Shown in pieces: positions 12,130 to 24,431 of a stretch of 64,000 nt of DNA. Within the stretch, counting starts at the first letter, position 1. Each line of letters begins with the position of its first letter. The stretch is from contig CM120640.1 of assembly GCA_051362555.1 (NCBI GenBank), positions 54,104,788-54,168,787 on the forward strand, in the 5' to 3' direction. A program made the position numbers and the translations under genes. The notes below the pieces were generated by a model, which saw only the letters and a list, made by a program, of their open reading frames with translations, was not told where the DNA came from and made no database searches. The DNA is from Lingula anatina. Its lineage: Eukaryota > Animalia > Brachiopoda.

Positions 12130-12454
12130 ACCCAGACGATTACCAATAAGTTAACAGTTCTCGATTATGTCACGTTGCACGACCAAATCATCACTTCAAC
12201 CACATTATAGGCAGTTGTTTTTATAACCTTGAAACTATTCCTAGCCACTTATCAGTGAGTAATGTGTAAGCTGTACCAGTACATACTGGTACACCGTCGT
12301 TATATGAAAGACGGTGTATACCACTCGTCATAATTCAAAGCAGTTATACATCTTATTTTATTTTACGGATTGTTCAGCTGCGACCCCCCTCCCCTGCTTT
12401 TCAATTTTTTTTTCAATTCTTCTGTTGATTATAGCTTCCATCTTTATTTATATC

Positions 12455-12679
12455 CAGGATCCAGGATTATTTGAAAGCCCCCCCTCCCCCCCCCCCCCTT
12501 GGCTTTAGAAATATTTTGGTATTTTAAAGGGTGAACGGTGCCATTTGGTGCGGTCAAGAACTATAATTCAGCTAGTCAAAATTCTAATTTCAAGAGGGGA
12601 CCATTGGTGTGATATTTTTTTAGAAATCGAAGGGGGAGGGGGTTAAGACCCCCCTGACCCCCTTCTAAATCCGCCACTG
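12455..12679 (+). mobile_element. MITE family A, copy 2
   Basis: CAGGATCCAGGATTAT... to ...AATCCGCCACTG, flanked by ATATC on both sides; colinear with 63-281. Confidence 0.7.
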
Positions 12680-12934
12680 ATATCCTGTTTTTAGAAGTGA
12701 AGTTCACTATGTCTCCTCGGAGTAGAATATTCAAATAAAGTATATCGAAATAGCAGCTGCAAAGACATAAAGATCTCAGCACAAGTTTTAATGAAATTTC
12801 AAATTGACCGTTCGTAAAAATTTCCTTAATCTTAAATCTCATTTTTGTCCTTTTTTTAAGAAAAACGTCGCTGTCCTAGACCATATAAGACCATTTTGAC
12901 CCAGGATGAAATCCAAGGAACGCACAAACAATTT

Positions 12935-13141
12935 CAGGGGAGATCCAGGATTATCTAAAGAGGGGTTCCACGGATGCGAAGCCGAACACCCCCCCCTCCC
13001 TTGGCGTAGGATTCGGGGCCTGCTAAAGGGTCCAAAAATCTTTTGGTATTTTAGAGGGCGAAGGTTGCCAGTACGGTTTAGAACTATGATTCAACTAGTC
13101 AGAATTCTAATTTTAAGAGGGGCCTCCTGAATCCGCCACTG
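12935..13141 (+). mobile_element. MITE family A, copy 3 (internally deleted)
   Basis: CAGGGGAGATCCAGGATTATCT... to ...GAATCCGCCACTG; TSD not preserved. Confidence 0.65.
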
Positions 13142-13196
13142 AATACCATTTTTATGGAATAAGTTAGACTGTAGTAGGACTGGGTATGGATAACTG

Positions 13197-13858
13197 GGCC
13201 CCGTAACTCGAAAGCATCGCTTATGGCGAGCGGGCGCAAGCATGGCGATTCCTCGCTATCCCATATCTCAAAAGCCTCGCAAATCGCGACCGTGCGCTAA
13301 TAGCGAAATAACCATTAGTTTCGAGGCTATTATTTACGGCGAGTAAAACCCGTCGCAATGGCCTCTGCGTATGCATAATTCGTCATTTTAATGCGTCTTT
13401 CATGTAATTAAACGTGGTGGAAAGTTTGGGTTGCTAGTGATAATAGCATATAACAAAACATATGCAAAAACATGGAAGCTTATAATAAATTGAATCACTC
13501 GGTACCTCTGATAGAAAAACTCACTGTAAATATTCACGTGAAGAATGCTTAAGTCATGTTTTATTATGCATAAAAATTTCAAAATTAAACATTTCATACA
13601 TCATTTTATATTTTTTGATGAATATAATTCATCTGTTTAGTCTATTGATAACAATCATAAATTTACACAAAATGAAAAAGACAAAGCATTCGGTCGCACC
13701 GTGACCTTCTTCAATGTCTATTATTGTGCCTCGAAACTAATGGTGATTTCGCTATTAGCGCACGGTCGCGATTTGCGAGGCTTTCGAGATATGGGATAGC
13801 GAGGAATCGCCATGCTTGCGCCCGCTCACCATAAGCGATGCTTTCGAGATACGGGGCC
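13197..13858. mobile_element. PIF/Harbinger-like MITE with ~131-bp TIRs
   Basis: Arms 13197-13327 and 13728-13858 are near-perfect reverse complements (GGCCCCGTAACTCGAAAGCATCGCTTATGG...), AT-rich spacer, 3-bp TSD CTG (CWG type). Confidence 0.85.
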
Positions 13859-15526
13859 CTGGTTTCTTTGACACAGCCATGCATTCCGTTTTAATTGTAC
13901 AACAATAATCTGCTGAAGGTCTTATTTTCAAAATTCGTGATCCTGTTACTTGTACAAAACAGCTAGAGACTTTTTCGGTCACCCTTTGGCTATTTTCGAC
14001 CCTCAGCTGGGTCGGCCAATCTTACAATGTTTTCCAAACCAGTAACAACAGTCTCGTCCATGTTGATCCTCATAATGTTTGACGCATTTCTTTATGGTTT
14101 TATAATTATTTAGCACCTATCGCAACCAATTCTGTCTCATTCCATAGTTAAAACCCCTCCCCACGTCCATTGTAGTTAAAAGAACAAATTGACATTTGCT
14201 GTTTTGAGACATGCAATACATTTTTGGAATGTACTATTCAGTGAAAGACCATTATTTCTGGCATTATAATAACAAAAATAGGATAAGTTTATACAGGGTC
14301 ACCCTTTGTCGGACACACAATGGAACCAAGGACGCGAAGTAAAATCTCACCCCTTTATCCTCGAGTGATTTCGAGGCTTTGGAGTGTGGAGCAGTCCGGT
14401 TCCGGACAAATTCAGCATTAAATTGAGGTAAGTTACTTCAATGGTTTTAAAACCAGGGCATTTATATCATACCAATTTAATTCAAGGAATTATGGCATGG
14501 TTCTTAGTCACAAGGGATGCCAGGATGAACACTATGACTGTGGGAGGGCGTTTGTAAGTTCTCCTCCGTTCTATTGGTCACGCCCTTCTTCATCCTCGAG
14601 TCTCGACTAAATGAAATGAGCAATGGCAACCCTTAAGTGACCGCAAAGATTGGATATCCAGCATCTTAGTACAGAAACAAAGCCACAATGATGGGCATTC
14701 ATACGTGACAATTTGGAAAAAATGCAATCCTCAGTTTAAGAAATAAGTTATGCTGAGAGTAATTTTTAACTATTTGTGACCGGGCTGTCATAGAAAGTTA
14801 GATACGTTCAAATTGGTACTGAATAGTTACATTGTATTTTTCCTTGTGAATGACATAGTGACAGCTTGTAGACAACTGGTAGAACATTTAACTTTTCTCT
14901 AAACTGCTGTACAAATTAGAGATAATTAACTAGTTATGATCTAATACGATCGCGAAGACAACTTTCCATTAAAATCCATGCCTTGCTAGTATGGAGAATT
15001 TTCGTTTTTAGCCTATTTTAGTGACGCAAGTTTCAAAAATAACAACCCTTTTGGATAATATTAGCATGTTATCCAACAAAAATTAGACTGCACTCAATGG
15101 GTATTACGAGATGCACGTTTATTTAACAGACACATTTTGTCCTCAACCTCATTTATATTTGTCCACAATGCCTGGTAACGAAGGTTTTGCAAATTACTTT
15201 CTATGAGAATGCAGTTTTACCTTGCTTCATGTAAAACATTAGACTGTGTCCTGTCATCATTTCGTCTTGGATATAATAGATGTAACCGAATCGAGGATTT
15301 AATTAATGTTGAAGGTGTTGCAAAAACATCAAATAACTAAAAATAATGGCATGCGCCAAAAGACTCGACGACACCGCAAAAAGAGCTTCAAGCTATTAGT
15401 GAGTTGCTAAAATAAACATTCTAGACATTTTCTGGGACGTTACACATCATACTCATTTCCTGACAAGTTGCCAAAATTGTGAAATGTTCGACTACTTTTG
15501 GCTTACGTGTGACGAGCATCTGGCAG

Positions 15527-15597
15527 ATGTCTCTAGCTAGATAGATGGTCATTTTGGGCTTAAGTCATGAAATGACCATCTATCTAGCTAGAGACAT
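15527..15597. repeat. Perfect 28-bp inverted repeat with 15-nt loop
   Basis: ATGTCTCTAGCTAGATAGATGGTCATTT / AAATGACCATCTATCTAGCTAGAGACAT. Confidence 0.85.
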
Positions 15598-16444
15598 ATC
15601 GGTGAATATCTGTAAAAATCTATCAGTCGCCCTGGTAGAGGGTACATCTGGCGTATATATAACGAACTCGGTGTATCCATTGCAGCATATGATGTGTATA
15701 TGTTGTGCACAACACTGTTTTCTTGCTGCGGATAGCTGTCTATGCAGTATGTATGCCTAGAAGTGTATGCCGCTCGCATGCCTGACGTACTAGTTACCGG
15801 CGAATACCGGGCGTTTTCACGATTTATTAAAAAAGGCGACTGTTTCCCGGTTTTTTAATTACCAGTACAGATTCCATAGCGAGAGCTTCAACCTTTCCGA
15901 TCTGGATCTGTCATCTTCAGGCATAATGTGAACCCTTCAGCCACCATATGCACTGTGTGTATAATTTTCTAGTGTACTCTATGTACGTTTGTCATGAGTT
16001 ACAAATATGAATTCTGGAGAAGAGTTTCTTTTGGTCTGCTTGCATATTAAGTGTTATGGAACAAAATAAAATATATCTTCTTTGAATTAAATAAAAAACA
16101 AGTACTTCTAGAATACGCTGCCTGATCGCAGGACGAACGTCACTGACCCATATAATACGTTTTCATTCGTTATAAGTGCAGGCGTTCATCGTGGGTTGCA
16201 TCTGCGTAGCATACGTCTAGTAAACGCGAAAGAACAATTCGAGTTGCTTTACCAGCTAGGCCTAAAGACAAAATTAAGACTGTTTCATAGCTATTAAATT
16301 TCATGCAATATATGACTCATCAAAATGCATGTTTCTGAGTTTGAACCAGTATTTCAGCTCAAGTATTAAACTATCACTACAATAGCCTTTTTACTTCAAT
16401 AATTCTAAGATTGAAAATTGAAAATTTAATATAGTAGAATAACA

Positions 16445-16500
16445 TAATAATAATAATAACAATGAGAACAACAACAACAACAACAATAATAATAATAATA
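16445..16500. repeat. Compound (AAT)n/(AAC)n microsatellite
   Basis: Runs of aat and aac triplets. Confidence 0.9.
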
Positions 16501-17053
16501 TTCATTTATTCTAAGTCGAAAATCCTTTACAATAGACTTTACAATGTTAAAACAATAACATAATAAAGTATTAAGACAAAATATAAAACTGTAGTTAAGA
16601 CATTAAATTAATGTTTACGTTTAAAATTACATCAATAGTTTTATACATAAAAGAGCATCAACCATAAAATTTCTTTAAAAGATACGTTTTTATATAATTT
16701 ATATAATTTACCGAATGCGCGCTGTATCTTTTTATTAAGGAAATAGCATCAGACTAATAAGTGGTTCATTTCCGAACCATTTCCGATTTTTAGTTGACTG
16801 ATCATGTAGTTTGCCGATATAAAATTAATTCGATGCTTAGAAGACAAAGAAGAGCAATTTTCAGCGCTTAAACTGGGAGTTGAAAAAAAACTTGTATCGT
16901 TCCCTCAAGCTACAGAAAGGAAGGTCAAAGGTTTTTCTTTTTTCTTTTTTTCATTTCTGGAGAAGATTACCTTTGTTGCTGGCTATTTCTCATAGATCGT
17001 TATGAAATAAGGCTGTTGTGGGCGTGCATTGAGTCTAGAAAAGGCAATTCACG

Positions 17054-18145
17054 ATGGATTATACGCTTAAAACAGACATTAAAAATTTGACACCTCCATC
17101 AACTGACCATGGGCACGGTCAAAATGTGGAAGACTATGAGATCTATCGGCGGACTGAAGACATTCTATCGACAGTTTTCACGGTGTTTGCAACCATTCTG
17201 AACTCACTGTCACTAGCTGCAATGCGAAAGATTCCGGTTTACCACCAGCGACCCGTCATAATTCTCTTAACGAGCCTCGCAGTTTCTGATCTTATTCTTT
17301 CTCTTTTGTGTCTTGCTCTTCAATTTAAGAGTTTCGTTCTAACAGCCACGCACCACAAAGTCGCAAATAAGTTTGATCCACTGACGGCACTATCACCACA
17401 AGTTATGTTGGAGAAGGACGAAATGATTTCTTACTTGCTTAATATATCGTCTGTCGACGTGAATCAGGGCGTGATACGTGGGACCCCAGCTTGCCTAACG
17501 TTTGCTCTTCCTATGGTCGCTTTCATAAGTGCATTTTCAACGGCTTTTGTCGTACTCGCGTTGGCGGCCGATCTTTTTCTAGCTCTTCTTTTGCCGCTAA
17601 GGCACGGGATAATTATGAGAGAAACTAGGGTAAAATTACTGGTGTGCTTGATATGGAGCTTAGCTGCTGTAGTGGGTTCACTCCATTACTGGACCATACC
17701 AATTCAACAGCACGATTTTCCGGACGACTTTTGCGTCACGGTGCAGATGAACTTTTTTCACACGTACGTTGTATTTCCTGTTCTTCTCGGGATCATCATG
17801 ACACTGACAATTTTAGTATATCTGGGGATTTTAATCTTTCTTGTAAAAAGTGGGAAAAATTCACCGGCGCTCTCAGCTTCACCCTCGCACGATTTTCGCA
17901 AACACGTAAAGATGGCTACCACCATTTTGATGTTGATGTTTTCTTTGATATGCTGTTGGGGGCCTTTCGTTGTAATCCCTTTCACAACTCTGCCACCTTT
18001 GTATCACAGGGTGACGTTTCTCTTGCTTCTTCTGGGAACTTGTTCCGATCCCATTATCTACGGAATCCGGATCCCTGCAGTACGCGAGGGTTATGGCCGC
18101 TTGTACTGTCGTTCTTCTCGTTTGCAAGATGTAAGGGAGGTGTAA
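17054..18145 (+). CDS. Intronless class A (rhodopsin-family) orphan GPCR, 363 aa
   Basis: Seven hydrophobic segments; TM1 N (ILNSL), TM2 LAVSDL, TM3 end ADLFLAL (DRY variant), PLRH, TM4 W, TM6 CWGPF, TM7 DPIIY. Unusually long ECL1. Confidence 0.9.
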   Translation: MDYTLKTDIKNLTPPSTDHGHGQNVEDYEIYRRTEDILSTVFTVFATILNSLSLAAMRKIPVYHQRPVIILLTSLAVSDLILSLLCLALQFKSFVLTATHHKVANKFDPLTALSPQVMLEKDEMISYLLNISSVDVNQGVIRGTPACLTFALPMVAFISAFSTAFVVLALAADLFLALLLPLRHGIIMRETRVKLLVCLIWSLAAVVGSLHYWTIPIQQHDFPDDFCVTVQMNFFHTYVVFPVLLGIIMTLTILVYLGILIFLVKSGKNSPALSASPSHDFRKHVKMATTILMLMFSLICCWGPFVVIPFTTLPPLYHRVTFLLLLLGTCSDPIIYGIRIPAVREGYGRLYCRSSRLQDVREV

Positions 18146-18176
18146 ACAGTGATTTAACTTAATATATGTGTGTGGC

Positions 18177-18234
18177 ATGCCTCGGACCGAGTATTATGAA
18201 TATATATATATTCATAATACTCGGTCCGAGGCAT
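18177..18234. repeat. Perfect 58-bp palindrome just 3' of the GPCR stop
   Basis: ATGCCTCGGACCGAGTATTATGAA-TATATATATA-TTCATAATACTCGGTCCGAGGCAT. Confidence 0.9.
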
Positions 18235-18581
18235 TATCAGCAGACTAGTTATGGAGAAAATGTACGAAGGCTACCTTTGTATATTCTCATCATTCATTTC
18301 TTTACGCGGAACTAATTATCATCCATATTGTAATTCCTTAAATTTTTCTTTTTAAACATTCTTAACTATTCTCCGGTGTTTTTATTCTTTATACTACCAC
18401 CGTATCAATCATTGTAAAAAGTACACTCATATTAAATGAAAGCGTGATAAATATGTATTGCACACACCCACAAATTTTACTGATTAAATTTAATGTGTGG
18501 ACTCTGTGCACAAAGTTGTTTACATGGTCCACGAAATATATGTTCAGTTAGATGTGAAAGCAAAACTATAATGTCACTCAG

Positions 18582-18708
18582 GGCTCCGTAACTCGAAAGT
18601 GACCGAGCGCAAGCCTCTATTCCTTAACTCGGGATTTACTCGCCCCATATAATAGCCTCGAAATAAAAGGTGATATCGCTATTCGCGATGCTTTCGACTT
18701 ACAGAGCC
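18582..18708. mobile_element. Short deletion derivative of the Harbinger-like MITE
   Basis: Ends GGCTCCGTAACTCGAAAG / CTTTCGACTTACAGAGCC match the 13197-13858 TIRs; TSD CAG. Confidence 0.7.
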
Positions 18709-18993
18709 CAGACGGACAAATGTACTTTCATTTATTGTATCTGAGCACACCAGAGCTCCGTATTTGGGCTCAGCCTTTTTACCACACGAATTTGTTATTA
18801 CATTGCATTGTTGTAAAATTATTATGCTGTTCAAGAAAATTATTTGCTTTATATTTTATTTCCTGTGACTTGTGGGCCCACTGTGGTTTCATAATTCAAT
18901 ACTCTTGTTGTCACACTTCACCCGTTACATTTTGTTGGCCTTTTCGTTACTATTGTTGGTTAATCTTAGCTGGCCTATATTCCTAAATAAAAC

Positions 18994-18995
18994 AT

Positions 18996-19034
<39 letters not shown>

Positions 19035-19036
19035 TT
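18994..19036. repeat. (TTTA)n microsatellite
   Basis: About 10 tandem TTTA units. Confidence 0.9.
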
Positions 19037-19978
19037 CTAATGGTACAAGTACATTTTTCAATGACTATGACCTCATTATATATTCCATAACTATGGTACA
19101 AAAACTACATTTAATAACAATTAAAAATATGTTTATAATTTTTAGAATCACGAGTGACTGCATGGTGTCTAGCAGGCAGTCAAATTTCTTTCCTGTGAAG
19201 TATTTTGCAAGTGCTTTTACAGTTTCCTTGTCATTCGCATTCATTATGTTTTGGAACTCTCTGTTCAGTTGCTGGGGTAGAGTGCAGTATGTCTCTGGCA
19301 AGACAGATTTTTTAAAAATGTTGTTGTAATGTTGTTTGTTATCAATAATCAACACGTATACAGTGGCAAAGACATCTGAGGAGGGGCGTCCTGGATGTGA
19401 TTATGGATTTAACTATCTTTTTGACATTTCTAATTTGCTTTCCAAGCAACAATAATTACTGTGTACATTTTATATGAAGGAACAGCAATTATAAGACTCT
19501 ACGATTTCTGGGGTGGAACTGTCCTTGGGGTAATGATTTTATTTATTTATTTATTTCACATAAAGCCCGTAAAGCTCAATCTCAAATGTAAAGGGTCTTT
19601 GGGGGAAGGGGTTATTGTTGATTTATACCCTAAGGTTTTCACTTCTATCCTGCACTGGACAAAATTCCGTAATATTTGTCCATGCCAGCTATGAAGAATG
19701 ACCATACAGTGCAATGTACGTTCTTAAAGACGCTGAGTACACAGACTAAAAGACCCTTTAGAATTTCACAATGCGTTTTACGTTACCTGTGCTGTTTGGC
19801 AAAACATTCCACATACTCGCTGATGACAGCCGTGTGTTCTGTTCTACTACTTATAATAAAAATATCATTGTTACGTAATATGCTTTCAGAGGAATCGTAA
19901 CTCAACCCACCCTGCAAAGTAAACGTAGCAGCCAATATAGACTACAACTCGATGTATGCGCTGTTCCACTGCTCATAT

Positions 19979-20220
19979 CGGTGGCGGATTTAGAGGGGGG
20001 GGTCAGGGGGGTCCTGACCCCCCTCTTCGGTTTCTGAAAAAGAAATCACACTAATATTCCCCCCTTGGAATTAGAATTTTGACTAGCTGATTTATAGTAC
20101 TAAACCGAACTAAATGGCATCGTTCTAAAATACCGAAAATTTTCGGGGCCCTTCAGCGGGACCCGAAGCCCACGCCAACCGGACCCCCGGACCCGTGAAA
20201 TCCCCCTTCAAATAGTCCTG
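19979..20220 (-). mobile_element. MITE family A, copy 4 (reverse orientation, one end truncated)
   Basis: C(G)GTGGCGGATTTAGAGGGGGGGTCAGGGG...TTAGAATTTTGACTAGCTGA...TTCAAATAGTCCTG is the reverse complement of copies 1-3. Confidence 0.7.
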
Positions 20221-22503
20221 CCTTTGTTACAAAATATAGTTTAAAAGAATCTACAATGTAGAAGGCGTATAACCACTGCTATGCACAGTGTCTAGGAAAC
20301 AGACGGCGTGCGCCCTTGTTGGTGCGCTTTACAACTGTAAAGGTGCGCGAAAGATACATATGTACTTAAAACAACACCACTTATTTACTTGTCTTTTATT
20401 TCCGAGAGGCTGTGGCTTATTTTAAACACAGTGAATTCCAGTCGAGAGATTTACTGTCTTTGCTCACCACAGCTTTCACAATGCGGCAGGGTTTGATGTT
20501 TCGAGAAAATGATATGTAAAAGTGCATTTTTTTATCCAACAGGGCCTACTTTAGAAAGCAAGATATTTGTCCAAATAGTTAAAAAGAAGCCTTGAGTTCC
20601 GCATGGTTATTATGGATGTTTTTCTAACCTCAAGTGTGCACTCACCTTACCTATGTAATGGAATCGCCCAAATGCCTTATATGTCATCAGAAAATAGCGA
20701 GTACTTGTTTAAGATAGATTTTCATTCCCTTCTTAAGCGGTTCCCCATCCTTCCGGGTTTAATATGTTATATTTGATGAATATGGACTTTTAGTCGTTAA
20801 GTTAATGGGATTTTAGTTAAAAAATTATTTACATACAATCCCGTACAATGCAACCTAACTTAAAAACTCTCCCCATTTGTGGTCACTCATGGACTCACCT
20901 GTAGAGAGATTGTATGTTTAGTACCATTGACCGGTTCCCATTTGTCCCATACACAATACAGTTACCACACCGGTCAAGATTTGGGCTGGGACATTTCTCT
21001 TATTTCTACCATGCTCGCGATGCAGTCTGTGTGAAAGGCAAGTATGTCTCTGAAATTCATTTGTGTTTCTGTCACGCTTAAGGTAGTACGTATACAAATA
21101 CTTTAGCAAAGTAGCTCTTAAACCTACAACACAACTGACTCATCAAGGCCTGAAACCAAGTAAAAGAAGGTAAGCTATACAATATGTTCAAAATGCATCA
21201 ACTAGGTGTATAGTGAAAAATACGACGGCAAAATACGAGTTAATGTCACTGCGACTGTATAAATACACAGTGCTTGCGAGTGATGTCTCTATCCTGACGA
21301 CTCGTCACGCATCGCCATCGATATGTGTCGTGCATATATTGCGAAGCAGTACTACGTGGTCTTCTACAAAAAAGACGTTTGTCATATCATAGGAAAAAGC
21401 AAGACTTGGTCTGCTAATTAAGTTCACCTTTCAACTTTTCTATGCATCACTATTTGCTTTTTAATTTGTGACAAGGTCTGGTGATGAAATATGTGATTGT
21501 GTAAATCCGAGGTAAAATGAATTTAGTTTAGTTGGAGTAGGGGGCGCGGTAGACTGTTTGGATTTACGTTTACACTCTACAACAAGCATTTAATCACATG
21601 AAAGAGGATTTATCGCTCTTCAGCTAATTTTTGGAACCTTTTACATTTCCCTGTTTGTTGGAAATGCTTTTTGCTATACTTTGTTATGCAAACACAATAG
21701 AAAAGTCGTTGGCACACCAGTTCACCCGTGAGTTCATATCTACAGAACATGAAGTCGCAGGCAATATCTTATGTGGTGTGGAGGTGAAGTCACATTTTTT
21801 CCTATGAAGTCGGTTTGTCAGTAAAATCAGGGCATTTGGCCCATGAAGTGGTAATATATCATCAAGTATCTTTACAGGCGTTCTTTAATACGTGCCCGCA
21901 ATGCACGCTGCTTTGTTGACTGAAGTTTAAAATGTTGTATAACGTGTGTCTATAAGACCACCCTTTGTTTTTCTCTAGAATTTGTCATTGTCAGCAGATA
22001 TTTCCGCGGTGAAATAAATGTGCAAATGCTCACGGTTTGACTGGACTACCTTTTTTTCATTGAACAGAGATATCGTCAAATAGTCCTTGGAGACATCGAG
22101 CCTGTTTTTAGGTTAATTATTGGGAGAAGAGTTCCCCCACTGAGAAAGGAAATTACCAACATTATTGTACAATGTGAAATCCCACGGTGACTTTTTCCTT
22201 TCAAACTATCTTTTCTCAACATCCTTTAAAAAGAACTGTTTGCTGTCCTTTCTTTTCAGTAGCATTAGAAGTGCGCAGTAACTGCATGCCGACTGTATAT
22301 TTTTTATCAGAAGTATATATCGTGTTTTCAACCATAATCGCATTTTTGCAAATAAAAAAATAATGTTCAAATTCTGTAGAAAAACATATTAAAACCTGTT
22401 CTTATTGCAGGGACGAAAAACTCTGAAACCGGACAAGTTAAATCTAAATTTAACCTTAATACTAAAAAAGTCCATAAATCACAAAAATGGGTGTTGTTAG
22501 TGT

Positions 22504-22695
22504 AAGGCGTCATAGAGAATGGCATTTTTTCTATCCTTTCACTGTTATATACATGACGTGACTTTTCAGTGATGCTCTGATAGTTAGGTCAGTGGTAATT
22601 GTGCATCTGAGTAGTACTTGTTCGAGTTACTGAAAAGTCATGCCATGTATATGAATAGTGAGAAGATAGAAGTTATCATTTTCTACGACGTGCCT
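22504..22695. mobile_element. Degenerate foldback/MITE-like inverted repeat
   Basis: Imperfect arms of ~65 bp: aggcgtcatagagaatg..ttctatcctttcactgttatatacatgacgtgacttttcagt versus actgaaaagtcatgccatgtatatgaatagtgagaagatagaa..cattttctacgacgtgcct. Confidence 0.55.
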
Positions 22696-24431
22696 ATAAT
22701 TATGTCAGGACGGCGCTTCGAATAATAGGATAAATTACACTTGTATTTCGCTTACACGCACGCCGGTATTTTCGTACGCTTCAGTGCGACAATACAACAG
22801 GAAAATATTGTATTCGAGATAAAGTGCAAACCGCGAATACAACATTTTCCCTCTTTATTGTCCCATCTAAGAAAAAATCTTGGGTAGTAGCTGCATGTCA
22901 ACAAGAAGGATAAGTCTACAAAAATACTACACAATACGAAAAAAGCCATTAATTAACTGAAATGGATATGTTAGTTCTGAAATGTATTTTCAGACTGAAA
23001 TCTTTATTTATAGAACGACCACTTCGGCTGTTATTTAATAATTTAATTTTGGTCGTTTGCCATTTTCATTAAAGCGATATAACCCACCGATTGCACCTCT
23101 ACATTCCTTTAATTATAAAATACTTGCTTCATGGCTAAACTAGAATATATTTTAAAATCCACATGTTTTAGATAGGTCATATTTGGTTATCTTTTTGAAC
23201 AGTCTTATCCTACCCTAGGATCCACTAAACAAGTTAAGTGGCTACCGTAGGAATTGGCTATATGGTTATATCACGGTTGACCTGGGATCACACTGATAGC
23301 AGTAATATGATCTAGATAACTAGTACACGTGTCCAACCAGCTACCTTTTCTCTCACTTTAAATGACACCTGTCTAATGATGACCTCAGGAAAAGCAACTC
23401 TGGTTGCAAACTTGCAATTGACAAATATTGTGGTAGATTTTAAAGATTATTTGTGAAACACAAGTTCATCAGCTCTATAATAATAGTTGCACACTGTACC
23501 TAGCCCTTACAAAAGCAAGAGAATGGCAGTAACAGGGCGATTTTGTATCAGCATATATTTACTGATAAACATCCAAGAACAAAATTCTTGAACGCTTTTT
23601 TTGTGTGGCAAAAACCTACAAATGCGGTGTTGTAACAGCGAGTACCCCCTAAACCTGACCTGATTGGGGGAGGGGGGGTTATAAGAGTATAATTTTTTAG
23701 CTCATCTATGACTTTTAAACATTGATAACCGATTTTGCATGATTATTCCAAGAAGTTGTAAATGCGTGTTGTGAATGATTTGCCCGCTTTAAATGTAGTG
23801 TAGTGTAGTGTAGTAATTTCCTTAAATGAAAAACATGGCTTGTCTTGCAAACCGATTTTATTCACACGGACTACTGATGATTTATATCAAGAACTGAAGC
23901 AATCAAGTTTTAGATAAATAAAAAAGGCCAAATTTCGGCCTTAAGTTCTTTGGTGAAATCGGCTCCTGCAGCTGCGCTCGATGGCTTTGACGTTTGCTTG
24001 CAGTGACATTAGCAAACACCGGTCAGTAATAAAAAGTGTGCCAAAAACGTATGACAAAACCGTACAAAAATTAATCGCGAAGAAAACCTGTCAAATGACA
24101 TCCTTCATGTCTTTTATACTTGAATTCATTTTTTTGTTTAACTATTTCCACAGAATTAATAAATGCTTTCAGAACTGCATGTTTGCATACCAGTGTGAGC
24201 AATGGTTGTCCAAGGAACGGAAGTCCTGAACCCCATATGACTAGTAAATGCTTTTTTTAAATAAAGGGATCAGTATTAGGTATCTGTACACAGTAATGGG
24301 AAAGGGCTACGGTTCTTAACGGACTACCATTCCTAACACAACCTGTGTCGACTGGTTCATCTGCTTCAAAAGTGTTCAGTTTGTCGATCGTATTATTTCC
24401 AGGACAAACAGAAAATAGACGCAAGCATACC

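Noticed and set aside
17644-18162. 172-aa alternate-frame ORF over the GPCR, and antisense ORFs over real exons (7893-8378, 58590-58946, 60493-60825, 25260-26648)
   Set aside because: Shadows of genuine coding sequence, several with non-ATG starts and no motifs.
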